Below, one piece after another: positions 38,006 to 53,870 of a stretch of DNA of 64,000 nucleotides; the first letter of the stretch is position 1; every line of letters starts with the position of its first letter. The stretch covers positions 8,618,001-8,682,000 of the forward strand of contig OZ176052.1 in NCBI GenBank assembly GCA_964247055.1. The letters are read 5' to 3'. The DNA is from Paragordius varius. Taxonomy: Eukaryota; Animalia; Nematomorpha. Made by a program: the position numbers and the translations under genes. Under the pieces are notes generated by a model. It had not been told where the DNA came from. It saw nothing but the letters and a program-made list of their open reading frames with translations, and did not search any database.

Positions 38006-41000
38006 TTACTAAATCGTTATAGAATGTCCAAATAAAAGGAATCACATGGAGGCATTGTATGATTAAAAATCGGTGTAAAAAAACTATGGCAACAGAAATT
38101 TATATGCATCCTATTACTAGGAAAAATTTGCATGGTCATTCTTGAAATATTCCATTATATGTGTACATAGAATTATTGATCACAAGATTAGCGGTCCATA
38201 AGTTAACATAAAAATTAATTTATCCAGCAAGTATCAATAATTTATCAAGTTTTATATAAGATCATAAATAAACTTTATAACAGGTATCCATGTATGTATG
38301 CATGTATATACCGAGAAAATAACTTAAAAATAAAATGTTAAATATAAAAAAAATTAAACAACTTCATCGTAAAAAAAGGCAGCGTTATAGAAGACATTGT
38401 TGTTTTTTTTTCTATTACAACATGATATCTCATCTCATCAGTATAGTATAGTATAAGTTAGTTAGTTATTATATATAGTGGAAAAAAAGCAAAAGCGTAA
38501 ATGAACAAACATAAAAAAATATATACACATATATTATCATATAAAAAAATGCAAAGGAAAAAATGAATGTAACAAGCACTAGATTTTTGTTTATTTTATC
38601 AGCAAAAGGTGTTTTAAAAAACAACAACATTGTTCTTTTAGATTTATGTTATAATTTAAATTAGTAATAAAAATTCCGATGCGATTTTGGTTTTTGTTAA
38701 TTTTTTCCAGCTAAAATTTAAAGTTATTGAAATACAATTTGGTGGACATGCCATTTTTAATTATGTGTACAGGTTAGAAAGGTATATCTATATATGCATT
38801 TATCCATAGCAAGAGTTTGTTAATTTTGTATGTTTTTTCCTCTATATTTACTACGGCGTTATCACTTTACAATTTTGTTTGTTTATCTTAAAAAATCAAT
38901 AAAAATTATTAATATTTATTCATAATTGTATTTTATTGAGTCGTGTATTAATATATAATAATAATAAAAAAACTGCTTGTCAATATACACTCTTTATAAA
39001 GGAATATTTTATTGTGAATCGAAATTATTGGTTATTTGACAAATTATCCAAGCAAGATGCGTCAAATCGTTTTATTCCGGAAAGGTTTGAAAAAAAAAAT
39101 AAAAAATACTTGGGTTAATATTACGCTAACTACTTTTTTCTAATGGTATTTAAATATTTTTTACAATTTTGTGGACGAGGGTTCATAGATACGAGCCTTT
39201 CGTTTAAGGGAACAGCGTTTAATTTTAATTTTCGTCATATGATTTTAATAATTAGAGATTGTGGATTAACAAAATAATTGTCCAAAAAATAAAACTACCC
39301 ATTGAATTAGTTGGAAAATTCATTTTTTTTCATTTGGATTGTTAAAAGGTTAGGTTTAGCGGGTATAATCCAAGCATTTTATATTTTGATGAAATATGGG
39401 TTTATAATACCTACACCAGGGGTGTCCAATATGCGGCTCTTTGGAACATTCTATGCTGCTCGTGAAAAAATTAAATAAAATACAAAATACAATCGAAAGT
39501 ATTAAGTATTCATGACTTAATATACTTAAAAATTTTATTTGACTTTCTCAAACACAATATATTATCGGTAAAGTGTATTATTTTTTTCGATTAAATATTT
39601 ATCACATTTGAATCCATGGAATACTCTCGGATCTTTATGTTTCTATTTTAAATGATGCCGACGAAGCCATATGTGTTGGGTATTCCTGATCTCCAGCATT
39701 TATCCAATCAATTCTAATATCATTTAAAAATAATTTACCAAAGTATAATATTACGTTGAACCACAAAACTTTATTTGAAACTCCATTTTAAACGATATTG
39801 ATAATAAATGACCTAAGATAATTACAGTAAGTCTCGTGTATGGCGGGAAAAGAGAATTAATATCAAGGACTACACCGGAGCAATTGGAAAGAACCGAAAA
39901 ATTTAGAAAACGGTCATTAAAATCAGAATGGTTTCAAAATAATATTTTTTATATCAATTAGCATCTATGTTTATAATCCGTAGTATTTAAAACGGCTTCG
40001 GTTTTATTTGGGTCATAGTTTAAATATGGCGTACGTGTTGTGCCGGTAAAATGGTGATAAAAATATTGTATTTGAATTATGTTTGATCTTATAGCATAAG
40101 TATTAAGGATTAAAAAGCCAATATCCAAAACATGATTTAAAAAACTATTCTCTTTTTATTAATGTTATTGTCATTTTACTATTTTTTTGGGGTAATATCC
40201 CGCCATTACAAATTTAAAAATATGCATTCTATGGCGTGTTAGGCGCATATTTAACACTATATTACCTTTTGGGGTGGTTTTATATCCTAGACCGATTTAA
40301 AAAGTGCATATAAAAAGTGTTTAATCTATTAAGCCTTTTTAGCCTTTTAGGCCTATTATATTTTTTTTTAAAAAAAGGTAAAATTGTAAAAAAATCCTGA
40401 TCAAAACTTTTTTGACACTATTTTTTTCTATAAATATTTTAATTCGCTATTGCAACAGGCAAATAAATTTATAATATGGTTAGAAAATTTAAATAATACT
40501 TTAAAAAGCTTTCAGGTTTTAGATTTTACCAGTAAAAACTAGATATTTTAATATCAGCTGTTTATTTCCAATCATGTTTTGGAGCTGTCCTAATTTTAAA
40601 TTCTATAAGTCCACAAAACTGTAAAAAATATAAGTTTTTTTATCTACATGAGAACAATGTTTGATAATTAAATTTTAACTAAAATGACAAACTGTAGTTT
40701 ATTTACAAAATTGGGCTCGGGGATATAAAACTATCTAAAATGGTAAGCTAGGATTTGTAAATTTTAGAAACAATTGTTTGTTTTATTAGCATTTGGGAGA
40801 TATCCAAATTTTTGGCTGTATTTACAAAAGTGTTATAAAAAAATTCTGTTATTACATTATTAAATTTTATATTTCTTTCAAATTACAATTTATTATAAAT
40901 TTTTGCCTTTAAAATATCATTTTACAATGTTAATCAAAGGGTAACTACATACAAGACACCATTTTTCCTCTGATGTTCTATTGAAGTCATATTTTAGTGA

Positions 41001-44000
41001 TATTATAATATCAATAGTTAGTATAGCTATAGATAATCAATATATATATTGACCATTCAAAATTACAACATTCTTATTAATGATAAATTTAATAAAAAAA
41101 TTATATTTTAACGTAAAATCATATGTTAGCTTATCAAAAATTAAAACCTTAAATATTAAAAATTTAAAAAAAATATTTGATGAGACTTTTATAATATATA
41201 ATACATTTAAATTATATCCATAATTTATATAATATTTTAACATATTAATTCACAAATTCCACATATCAAAATCTAAAAAGAGCTTTAAAACACTGTTAAA
41301 TTCAAATCATTGGAGCTATTTAAGATATTAGAACCTACCAAATTAATACAACACAAAAAAATTAAACGTAGTAATCACGCTATATATTCTAAAAATTCAA
41401 GAAACTTTCACAAGTCATTTGATATTTTACTTGGATGTTATTTTTTGAGAACAAGACCAATATGTTCTTCTAAAGTTATGCTATATATAGTACAATTTAA
41501 AAAAATAAATTCCTGACCTTTTATTTGGCATGCAATATATTGTGTTAAATGAAGGTATAAATTATTGCAAAAAGATTCGGTTAAGCCTGGATAGCCGTGG
41601 TTTCTGTATAGTTTGCATAAAAAGACTCTTGTGTTATGCTAGTTTATATGTTTATCCATTGAAAAAGATTTATATTATCGTGGGAATCATAATTACATTG
41701 TAAAGACGCGTTAACTTGGAAATATAATAAGATTGATACTGATTTTTAATAGGATATAAAACTCCGGCCTCTTTCACTCGGTGTGTGGTGTGGCAGAGTC
41801 CGAAAGCTGAAAGTGCGTAATTTTACATCATCAATATCAGCTCTGTGTAGGCAAATATTTATAGCTTTCACAAGTCTTGATACAAATTAAGCCCTTACCC
41901 ATCTATATAAAAAACAAACGAGTGACTCTAAACTGTATATTCTATTTTAAGATAGATTAGATTATATATAAACCCCCAAATATTCACCGGTTAAAGTTAA
42001 GCGAAACAATCAAATTATCAATATGTATTTTAGAAACAAACGAGAATAATGGAGTTTTTCCTATTTATGCCCCTATAGGAGGGATGCCCAACGCATATAG
42101 TTCTCCGTGACATTTTGTACGCACGCGAAAATTTTTTGAAAAAATTTAATAAAATCGAAATTCTATGATTTGCAAAAAATTCGGATCACAAATTTTTAGA
42201 TGAAATTAGATACAAATATTATATCACTTTTTATTATTTTTGAACATTTAAATGAGATGATATTTGATTAAGTATAAACACCGTTGATTGTTCGATAAAT
42301 CGTTAATTAATTTTAGTCCGTTTATTATTTATATATAAAAACATTTTATCCTTTGATTGAATAAAACTATCGGGTTTTAACGGATTAGATATATTTTTAA
42401 TATGCGGCTGGCCATTTCTATATGGGTACCTCTGCTTTTGATTCTATCCTCTTTCAGCATAGAAGAAATTCAGGATTTCAAGAGTCATGTTTATTTAAGC
42501 ATAAAATATAACACGTAAAATTTTACGGAAAAGGAATAATGAAAGTTATTTTGTTTAGATTAGAACATTTCCATTTGGTTATAACTGCGTATTTTCATAA
42601 AAGGGAAAAACATGATAAAAATGGGTTAATCTCGTGAAATTCCTTGAAACTCGTCATATATTGTAAGGCGAAACAAAATTTTATAATTAACAAACAGCAT
42701 GAATTATTTGCATCCAAATTTTTACAGAATTAACAAAACAAAATTAATTCCAAATAATTAAATAGAAAAAATAATTTATAAATAAAATTATAATTAATTA
42801 CATAGTTATGGAAAATGCCGACCTAAGCGGTGGCTCTAAAATAAGCCATAATGTTAGAAATGCCAATTCATAGAATGAAAAATGATAAATCCGAAGTATA
42901 TAGACCCTGATTATATAATAAATGGTAAAAAAATAGGTTTGACCGGATGAAACATTATGGGAAAGATGTAAAAAAGTTTAAACAGTGTGAGCAAAACAAG
43001 GTCATCGGTTTAAGAGAGAAAACATGAATTTAATTTATAAAAAAGATTTTAAAGTTAATGAATTGGGAAAAGGATTAGTGCTAGATTGCATTTTCCGGGT
43101 ATGCCATTACAATGAAAGAATGTATAAACACTGTTGGGGGAAGGGAGAATCATTAAATTAAAAAAATGGTAAGTCTCGACCATTGAGTATGCGATGCTAC
43201 CAGAGACCTAAGTCCATCTTGGCATTATTTAATGCAAAAAATAAGGCAAAACCTAATTTTATATAATGCCCAAGGGATGTGGGATAGATTTGATAAATGT
43301 GTTGGGCTGAGAAACACAGGAATCGATTTTTGGATTATGTTTTTAATATAATTATACGACTCATGGAATGATTAAATCGAAGACTGCGTTTAGACTGTGT
43401 AAAAAACAGGTGGTTTTAAAAAAACTGCCCTATTAATATATTCTAATAAAAAAAGTAGAAGATTCTCATAGAGTTTGGGATTATGAGTAATGTAAAAATG
43501 TTATTTCCACTCTTGTGGTTATTTCTCCTAATAAAAAATCGTAAAATCAGTGCAAATAAAAATATTTTTTGGTGAAAGCTAAAGCCTTCATCACCAAATT
43601 TTGCTTATAAATTACAAAAATATCTATTTTATTATAGATGTGACAAAAGTCTCAAGTTTATAAACCCCTCTAAAATAAACTATCTTTTGATACAAAATAA
43701 AGTCTACCGCTATAACAAGATTATTAACATGGCTCAGTATAAAAAAACGTTTTCCCACTCGGTAAAAACTTTTTACCAATCAATAAACGAGTTTAAATTT
43801 GAAGATTATATCAAAATAGAAAAATATTTTTTACCGTACTTACTTATATTGACAATTTTGTTGTCTTCGACTTGAATAATCATTAATTGACTTTTTGTGT
43901 TATTTTTTAAATTTAATTTATTTGCAGCTCGATTACCACAACATTTTACAATCGGTCAAAATCAAATATTTTAATGGTAAAAATTAAAAATATTGCAAAT

Positions 44001-44145
44001 TGCATTTATATAATGTTGATGCCGCATTAAATAATAATTATTAAAAATTAATATAAATTATTTGTAAATTTCCAGTTTAGTCAACACATGTATGCCTTAT
44101 CTAACTATAAAAATAATGCAAAATAAACCACTTTTTCTGTTAATA

Positions 44146-44688
44146 TTAACATCGATTATGATTGGGGTATCTAAATATCCGACACTATATTAAATTTGAT
44201 ATTTTTAAAAAACTACTGAAATAAACGGCCCCAATTTATATTTATCCTTCTATTCTAATAAAAATTAAATATAAAAGCCGAAATATCTAAATAAAATTTG
44301 CTTTTTTGAAAAAAGTTGCAGATCAATCTACTTCGAGGTCATTTTTATTTTACAACATTTTTGCTAAATAACGGGTTTATTTAATTTTTGAGCTAAAATT
44401 ATTTACTTAAATCATATGCAGAAAAAGTGATTTTTTTGTATTAGTTTAAAATTATGCTAATGCACACATGTCATGCTGACTATTTTTACTTTTGGGTTTT
44501 ACCTTATAAAAACTGATATCAAGAATTTATTTTTTTATATTTTGGTCTATAAATATTATATAAGCGCATTTTTGCCATGGTATCGATATCTTCCATATTT
44601 TTGAAATAAATTTTAAACAGGCCCGGGGTATCGCACTACCCAATTTGAATCGAAGGAGTAAAATAAATGTGTTGTAACCAAGTGTTAA
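44146..44688 (+). mobile_element. piggyBac-like MITE copy 1 (degenerate left end)
   Basis: ttaac..gattatgattggggtatctaaatatcc ... ggggtatcgcactacccaatttgaatcgaagg..gtgttgtaaccaagtgTTAA. Confidence 0.75.
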
Positions 44689-45063
44689 TGTTAGATGTGA
44701 TTTAATGATAAAAACTTTAATTTAGCGTTAAAAATCAAAAACATGATATTTTGCAAAAATGTTTGAATTAAATGGGGACAAATTATTTTGATATGGGGCT
44801 GTTTTTTAAATCTTCAAAGATGTTTTGCCTTTTTTATATAATTTTTATTAGCATAGAAGCATAAATTTAAATTGGAGCCGTTCCTTTCAATAGATTATAA
44901 AAATCAATTATAGTGTCTCTGCGGTCACTAGTTACCCCAATTTAAATCGTGTTAATTTTCCTATTTTTAATCATAGCTGCATTTTGAATTAGTTTTACCC
45001 AAGGCCATTTTTAAAATATTTGTATAGACAATTTAAAAATATACTTTCTTAGGCCATTTAGAT

Positions 45064-45307
45064 CAGGGTTCTCCAATACGTGGCCCTCCGAAATTCTGTG
45101 CGCCCGACTTATTTACGAAACTATAATCTTAGTAAAATTTATATTTCTTAGACAATTATTCAAATATATCTATTTTGCTAAAAAATAATTTTATTTGTAT
45201 TTTTAATCTCATGTTTGACATTTAAGAATGTCCACATATATAAATGCCGGGCGTTTTTTCTGAGTCAAAATAACGGCCCGCGAAGCCATTTGTGTTGGAC
45301 ACCACTG
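45064..45307. mobile_element. hAT-like MITE
   Basis: cagggttctccaa ... ttggacaccactg; flanks atttagat/ttttagac match at 6 of 8 positions (degenerate 8-bp TSD). Confidence 0.75.
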
Positions 45308-45480
45308 TTTTAGACGCATGATATAATTTATTTAAATATCAAAAAATATTAATCCACATCTCAAACTTAGCCGCCATTATTTCCTGTAAATTATTCGATA
45401 ATGCAACATGAAAAAATATGGATTTTATAATTAGAAATTTATATAAAATTAACTTCAAGTTTTCAGGATACATTTTACCA

Positions 45481-46066
45481 TTAACAATTCGATTCAAATT
45501 GGGGTATCTAAAACACCAGACTAAATTTAAATTAATAATTTTAAAAAACTACTGAAGGAAACGGTTTTAATTGAAATTTATGCTTCTATCCTGATAAAAA
45601 TTATATAAATATGACAAAATATCTTGATAAAATTTTGTTTTGAAAAAAAGTACCATCCCAAACTACTTCGACGCCATTTTTATTTTACAAAATTTTTGTA
45701 AAATATCTTCTTCATTTAATTTTAAGGGTAAAACTAAAGCTAATTTTTTATATAAATATATCTAACATTGATAGAAATAGAAAAAGCGGTTTATTTTGTA
45801 TTATTTTTAAATTTTACAATTTGACACATGTCACGTTGACGAAATTTTTACCTTTCGGTTTTAGCTTAAAATATGTAATATGAAGTATTTTTAATTATTT
45901 TTTTTATATATTTCGTTTTCTTTATGTTATATAAGTCCAATAGTTTGCCATGGTTTCGATTCCTTCCATACTTTTTTAAGTATTTGATTTTAAGCAGGCC
46001 TGGGGTATCCAACTACCCCAATTTGAATCGAAGGACTAAACTGAGTGTGTTGTATCCAAGTGTTAA
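45481..46066 (+). mobile_element. piggyBac-like MITE copy 2
   Basis: TTAAcaattcgattcaaattggggtatc ... ctggggtatccaactaccccaatttgaatcgaagg...tatccaagtgTTAA. Confidence 0.85.
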
Positions 46067-46497
46067 ATACCTATTTTATTTATTTATATGTGAGTTGTTA
46101 GTTTCAATGCTGCTTTAGAGCTCTCCAAATTTTCTTAAAGTTATACTGTAAAAATACAAGCTATCTAATACAGGGAAGCAATGTTTATTTAACTTAAATT
46201 AACAACTTTAAATTGTTTACTTTAAGCTCACTGGGTAGTAAAACTCTTCAAAATGTCGTGCAAAATAATATGTTAAAAATATTTTAAGTACATATATAAA
46301 AATAAAAACTTTTAACTCAATATAACAGTAAAAAAGCTAAATAATTATGTTTTTGCGTCTATGTACAAAAATACCCGATCTTTAACAATTTTCACAAAAT
46401 TTATACACCTAAATATTATAAGATGTAATCCCTTTGTGTAAATATATCCCGACCTAATATTTTAAACATACGCATATACGAGCGATCTGCTTTCCAT

Positions 46498-46861
46498 ATG
46501 TCTTACAAATCAACAAATTTTAAAATTTACGGCCTGGTGCAAGGTACAATTGCTAATAAAATATAGGTGTCTTTTTTAGAAAGGTATAATTGTTTTTTAT
46601 ATGAGCACACTCAAGATATGGCACACAAATTAAACATTGTTGGATGGGTTAAAAACGCCGAGGATTCAACTGTTGAAGGGTTGATGCAAGGGAATATTGA
46701 TTCTATAACCAAAATGTATATTAATTTACATTTATAGGAAGGATTGGTTAAAATGCGTCGGAAGCCCTGCTTCCAAAATCGAAGATGCCAAATTTTTTAA
46801 CGAAAAAGAAATACCTTCGTTGGAATATGACGATTTTGAAGTTGTACGCCGTAAAAAATAA
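46498..46861 (+). CDS. ACYP: Acylphosphatase (98 aa)
   Basis: Exons 46498-46543, 46567-46583, 46606-46715, 46738-46861 give MSYKSTNFKIYGLVQGVFFRKHTQDMAHKLNIVGWVKNAEDSTVEGLMQG...WLKCVGSPASKIEDAKFFNEKEIPSLEYDDFEVVRRKK*, with the VQGV.FR phosphate loop and catalytic Asn (WVKN). Introns of 23, 22 and 22 nt. Confidence 0.95.
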
Positions 46862-48699
46862 CCAAAACGCTATTAATAATCACGTGTGATATATGTTAGT
46901 CAAAGATAATTGTATATATTGAATTTTTCTCACCACATTATAATATAATTAATAACTTTAATTTTTTCGATCAAATGCTAAAATTTCTAGATAATTGTAT
47001 TTAATATAGGGATAAGCGATATCATTTAACCGTTATAAAAACTTTAAATTAAGCAAAGACGCGTTTTTTAGTGGGTATTTTGGTGGAAAGGATGAGCTTT
47101 GTGATGATAAAGTTGTTAATTACTGATTTATTACGCCTACATTGTACACTGCAGTCCATACCCAACACACCTTTATCTAAAGTGGATTATTTTGTTTTAT
47201 GTTATCATTAATACCTTTTGTTTATATTTAAAGTTGAAACGATTGAATTAAACCTTATTTTCAAGATATTTTCATTCCTAGTTCTACGACTAAGGGCTTA
47301 AACTAATAATCGAACCACAAAATATTTACAGTTTTCCTAAAAAAGAGAAACTCAATATATGAAAACCATGAAAAAAGGCCTCTTTTTTACCGCGGCCTGT
47401 ATTCCTGCCATTGGCCTTAATCTTTTCGATTAATAGGGTTATTTTGTTATAAAATCGAGGAAACAAGTGTATGAAAATAACCTGTCCAATATTTGTCGTG
47501 GATCTATAATTAATGCTAAGGCGAATGTTGCTGTGTTTAACCAACGGTCGTATTAAAAGTTTTACCTTTTTAACCTATCAAAAAACATACTACTATGTAA
47601 CGAAAATTTCGGTTCCAAATATTTAAAATATAAATTATTATAACACATAATATTATTTACCGATTTTTAAGCCATTTCGCAAAAAACCTTAAAATGGGCG
47701 GTTAAAAAATCGAGCGTATAATTTTTTTAGTATACAATATACATTAAAAAATTCGCAACTCAATCCGAAATCAGGGAGTCTACAAGATAATCCTGATGAA
47801 ATTCCCATGGATAAACGTATCAGGATTCTCATAATGCTTTTGATTTTAGGGCTACATATGATATAAGTGAGTTATTTGCACTATTTTGGTAATTGTTCGA
47901 TATCAGAAGAGTTAGCGCTCCGGGATTTAGCGATAAAAGTTTAAAACATGTGTTAAATTTTATTATCAAAAAAATTTCCCCAAAAAATGAAGTTGTTAAA
48001 AAATATAATAAAATTTCGATTAACCGTATATTATGGTATTTAGGATTGTGGTTGAAAACAGCATAAAAACATTATAATACTTATTAAAATACTTTTGTTA
48101 GTTTGATGGTGCTAAATATTTCCACCCCAGAACTTTGATTAATTATTTGTTTAAATTTATGTTATATATAAATTGTTTTTTATACAATAATCCTAAACTT
48201 GAAAGAAACAACCCTTTAAATTTAAATTCTGAGTGTTGATGTTCAGCAACATCGAATTATATAGAGAAAGTCTTTATATGATATCTTAATTTTGGCGTTT
48301 TAGCCATGCCTCAAAATAATGTGAAGTACACTTTAAAAAAAATTTGTTATATAAATATTTAAGCAAAATATCCATTTCCGACAAAATTTTTGATTGCAAA
48401 GTATAGCATATATATATATATATAAAATTTTTAGCCCGGAATCTCGGCACTTTCGCCTTTATAAGTTAAGAACTGGCCCATTTTAGAAGGGCAAGAATGT
48501 GAAAATTTCGTACCTTACATCTACAAAATATAATTTTATAAAAATATGGTATAGATTATATGTGGTTAATATGTTTTAGTAGTATTTTTTGTAAGAAAGC
48601 ATTTTGTTTTCACTCAAAAAAAAGTTATTTTAAAAATTTTTGCAAGTATTTCCCATTGCTGATATGGAACATTTACCACAAAAATGTAAAAAACTTTCC

Positions 48700-50600
48700 T
48701 ATACACAGCGTCCACAAGAAAATAACCTTTTGAAATATATATATTCTGATAGGGAAAATGTATCAGGATTATCATGGTGCTTTTAGTTTTGGCTTACGAG
48801 TGACATAACAAGGCTATTTACACTTTTGTGGTAAGTCCTCCAAATCAGAAAATGGCAAAATTTGCTTACATTATAAAATTTTATTGGTGAAAGATAATTA
48901 CTTCATTCCTAAAAATATTACTAATACATTAAAAACTCCATATAAAAAGCAAAACATTAATTTCAAAAATATTTGATTTTAGATATCGGCTCCGAAACTT
49001 CTATTTTTTTATTCTTTTAAAATGGGTTAGTTCTCAAAAGCAAAAATTCCGGGATTGCGCGATAAACTTTTTCAAATATTTACTAAAATTTCACATTAAA
49101 AAATATTTTTAAAAACTGCGTACTTTTCAAAAATTTATTTTTCAGCAAAACTTTGATGAAGCGTACTTAATACTAGTTTGAGGCATAAAGAGTCTAAAAT
49201 TAATTTAAGAATATATTATAATACATTTTCTGTATAAATCATAAACATTTTTATTATTAATGAATATTTATTAAAATATTTGCTTGCCTTTATTAATAAA
49301 TAAATTCAGTTTTCGAAAATTCAGCAAAAATTAACTAACCTTTAAATTTACCTCTAAAGCAATAAAAATGTTCTGCATAATCAGACTATATCTAAAAGGT
49401 GCATTATAACATTCAAAAGCGTTTTTAAACCGTTTCCATCATGACTCAAAATAGTATGAGATATACTTCAAAATATTTTGAAAAAAGTATGCATTTTTTA
49501 AGACTTTAAAAATTGGGGATATTTAAATAACCCAGTAAATTGATTTTTTAAAAAAAATACTGAAAGAAACGGTTCTAATTTAAATTTATGCTCCTATACT
49601 TTAAACTTCAAAAAAATTTGTAAAAATAAAATTTTTGAAAAAAGTATGCATTTTTTAAGACTTTGAAAATTGGGCTATTTATATAACCCAGACAATATTT
49701 AACTTGATTTTTTTTAAAAAACTACTGAGAGAACCGGTTCTAATTGAATTTATGCTCCTATCCTTTTAAAAATTATAGAAATAAACCGAAATATCTGAAT
49801 AAAATTTAGTTTTGAAAAAAAGTTCCATATCAAACTACTACGCCACTTTTATTTTACAACATTTTCGCAAAATATCGTGTTTATTTGATTGTTATCCTAA
49901 AATTTACTTTTCTATCAAAATCACATATGACTTTGATATTAACAGAAAAAATGGTATATCCAGGTATCCAGAAAATTTTCCATAAATTTTATATTTAGCT
50001 TGCGCACATATGTCATAATGGCTAAATTTTTACCCTTTTTTACCTACCAATAAGTAATATCAAGTATTTTTGAATGAATTTTTTATTATATTTGGTTATT
50101 AATGTGTGAGTGCAAACCTTTGTCATGGTCAATTTATTCAATATTTTTTGAAATATTTAATTTTAAACAAGCCTGGGGTATCCTACCCCAATTTGAATCG
50201 AAGGATTGAAATTAATGTGTTGTGTCCAAGTGTTAAATAATTTTAGTGATATTAAAATTTACCATATATTTAAAATTTTTACTGCGCAATTCCGGCATTT
50301 TTGGGTTTGCTTTAAAAGGACTAGCCCATTTTTGGAAAAAAATTTTGGACTTTCGAAGTCCAAACCAAGAAATTTTTTTTTAGAATATTATTTGCTCTTT
50401 AGATGTTTATATATATTTTAGTGATATTTTTTGGATTGAAGTTTCTAGCTTTCACTAAAAAATCTTATTAAAAAAATTCGCAGATTCTGCCGTTTGTATA
50501 ACACTCGTTAGGCCAAAGCCAAAGTATCAGAATAATCATAATACATTTTCCTATCAAAAATATCTCCGAAGATACCAATGTTAATAGTTAATTCAAAAAA
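48700..50600. mobile_element. Long-TIR palindromic element interrupted by a piggyBac-like MITE
   Basis: Left arm 48700-49230 begins TA-CACAGCGTCCACAAG. The right arm starts ~49420, is broken at ~49500-50236, and resumes 50237-50600 matching 2330-2720. Confidence 0.65.
49500..50236 (+). mobile_element. piggyBac-like MITE copy 3 (with a ~140-bp tandem duplication at the left junction)
   Basis: aattggggatatttaaataacccag and aattgggctatttatataacccag are duplicated; right end ...gtgttgtgtccaagtgTTAA. Confidence 0.75.
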
Positions 50601-51451
50601 TTAACTTATTTAAATTTTAAGACCCTAAAACAGTCTGGCATGTGATATATTTTAATTATAGTTTTGAATGGAGCATTCCAAAAAAAAATATTTAAGGAAA
50701 TATGCATTAATTTTGCTATTTTTGATAAGGATGAGTTATTACAAAAAACTTTTTCATATTATTCGTAAGGTCCAAACCTATCAATCCTGATCCATTTTAT
50801 CTGACAGAAAATATAAATTTTATCAAGATATATTTTAGCCCTCGAATTTATGAACTGATATTTGTAAAAGATTAGCCCTTAATCCATATGGAAAAGAATC
50901 TCTTCTTTTTTAAACAATCAAACCTCTGCAAACAGTAAAAATTTGGTTACATAATTTCACATGTTTGTCCCAGGTTTAATTGTGGTAGTTTTATATTCCA
51001 AAGCTTAATTTTGTAAATAAACTACAGTTTTAGGAGTTATTTTAGTCAAAATATAATTATCAAACATTGCTCTCAGGTATTTGATAAAAGCTTTATACAG
51101 TTTTGTGACTTGTAAAGTCTAAATGTGAACTTAATAACACAAATGAAACAATAGTAAAATCAAAAGATATCAAATTGCTTGTAAATAGTCTGAAAGCTTA
51201 TTTAAGTTAATTATTTATATTTTCTAACCTTAAACATTTATTTGTCTGTTGCAATAGCGATAAAAAAAAATATAAAAAATGGCGGGAATACTTTTTTTTG
51301 TACTATGTGCCTAAATACCTTATTAAAATCGATCTGGAATATGAAACGTAAAAAATATTTAGCATATATAAAACATATAAATGTTACTATGCAGAAATCA
51401 AAGTTTTTAAATATATTTAATTTATTTATAATAATATTTAGAGATATATGA

Positions 51452-51996
51452 TTAACACTTTAAGTCAAATAGGGGTATCTAAATACCCCAGGCAATATTC
51501 GATCAGATTTTTTAAAAAACTACTGAAAAAACGGTCCCAATTTGAATTTATTCTATCCTCATAAAAATTATATAAATAACCCGAAATATCTGAATAGAAG
51601 TTAGTTTTGAAAAAAAGTTTCCTATCAAACTACTTAGGGGCCATTTTTATTTTACAAAGTTTTGGCATTATATCCTGTTTATTTGATTTTGAAGCTAAAA
51701 TTAAAGCGAATTTTATTTAAATCACATCTAACATTGATAGAAACATAAAAAGTGACTTATTATGTATTGTTTTTATATTTAACTAATGCATATATGTCAG
51801 GTTGACAAATTTTTACCTTTGTATTTCACCTTAAAATAATTAATATCAAGTATTTTTAAATAATTTTTTTTTATTTCCGTTCAATAATGTTATGTGCCAC
51901 TTGCATGTTTTCAATTCCTCACATATTTTTTGAAGTATTTAATTTTAAACAGAGCTGGGGTATCTTTGAAACGAACTGACTGTTGTATGGTGTTAA
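51452..51996 (+). mobile_element. piggyBac-like MITE copy 4, right end eroded, abutting CMPK
   Basis: TTAAcactttaagtcaaataggggtatctaaataccccagg ... ctggggtatctttgaaacgaa..tgttgtatggtgTTAA. Confidence 0.75.
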
Positions 51997-52011
51997 AATA
52001 TGTGGCTGTGA

Positions 52012-53164
<1,153 letters not shown>

Positions 53165-53535
53165 CAAAAGCTTTACTTGTAAAATTTTATATTATTAGTC
53201 TTTCGAATTACAAATCATGGGCTTACCGATGTTGATTGATAAATGCAATTTTAAATAATTAGTTATAATTTTTATAATGTGGTCATCAAATAACATAACT
53301 CATTACCATTGCTTCAAATGTATTATTTCAGTATGATCCTCAGATAATTTTTACAATTTGGTATGCAATTTGTATCTTTTTATTACTAGAAAATCAATAA
53401 AATATCTGTTATTTACTATAATTTAATAAATTGTATTATTATTTTGACAAAATCACATACCGTCCATTAAAATGATATAATTGTTATGTAAAAATCTTAA
53501 CGGTAGTAGTCAATTTCGACACGTGGGGGTTATAA

Positions 53536-53870
53536 TAGATAGATAGAAATCTGTTGTCAAGGGGTCCCTTGGCATCCCGTCGTGACGGGGTTTAGGTGTC
53601 TGATCATTGCATTGAAGGATTTATTTCCAGTCCTCGGCTTTTATGTTTTTGGCCTGTAGGTCTTGGGTAATGTTTTTGTCCCATGTTATTGCTGGACGAC
53701 CAACTCTGTTTTGTTTGTTTGGCTTAAATTTTGATATATTTTTAATCCAATTATTGTTATTTAATCTTTGAATGTGACCGTAGTAGCCAAGTCTAAGGAT
53801 TTGAATATATTTTGAGATTGGTAGGATTTGATCAGGAGAGGTTGTTCGTTGAAAACCTGTAGACTGCACA
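53536..53870 (-). mobile_element. Non-LTR retrotransposon 3' end
   Basis: RLGYYGHIQR...RVGRPAITWDKNITQDL...W ORF2 C-terminal motif, followed by a short 3' UTR and (CTAT)n tail. Confidence 0.75.

Noticed and set aside
38395-38435. Minus-strand CTGATGAG upstream of SSBP
   Set aside because: No stem II closing onto GAAA and no cleavage-site helix.
41520-41900. Possible solo LTR (TATAAA followed by ctctttcactc)
   Set aside because: No second copy, PBS/PPT or TSD could be identified.
34341-44100. Short ORFs in SSBP intron 1 and the upstream intergenic region
   Set aside because: Low-complexity F/I/K/L/Y-rich translations of AT-rich repeat debris. An unrecognised micro-intron gene cannot be fully excluded without RNA-seq.
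47779-47830. CTGATGA inside the hairpin aatcctgat...atcaggatt as a second hammerhead
   Set aside because: No GAAA after a stem II and no compatible stem I/III; it is just a short inverted repeat.
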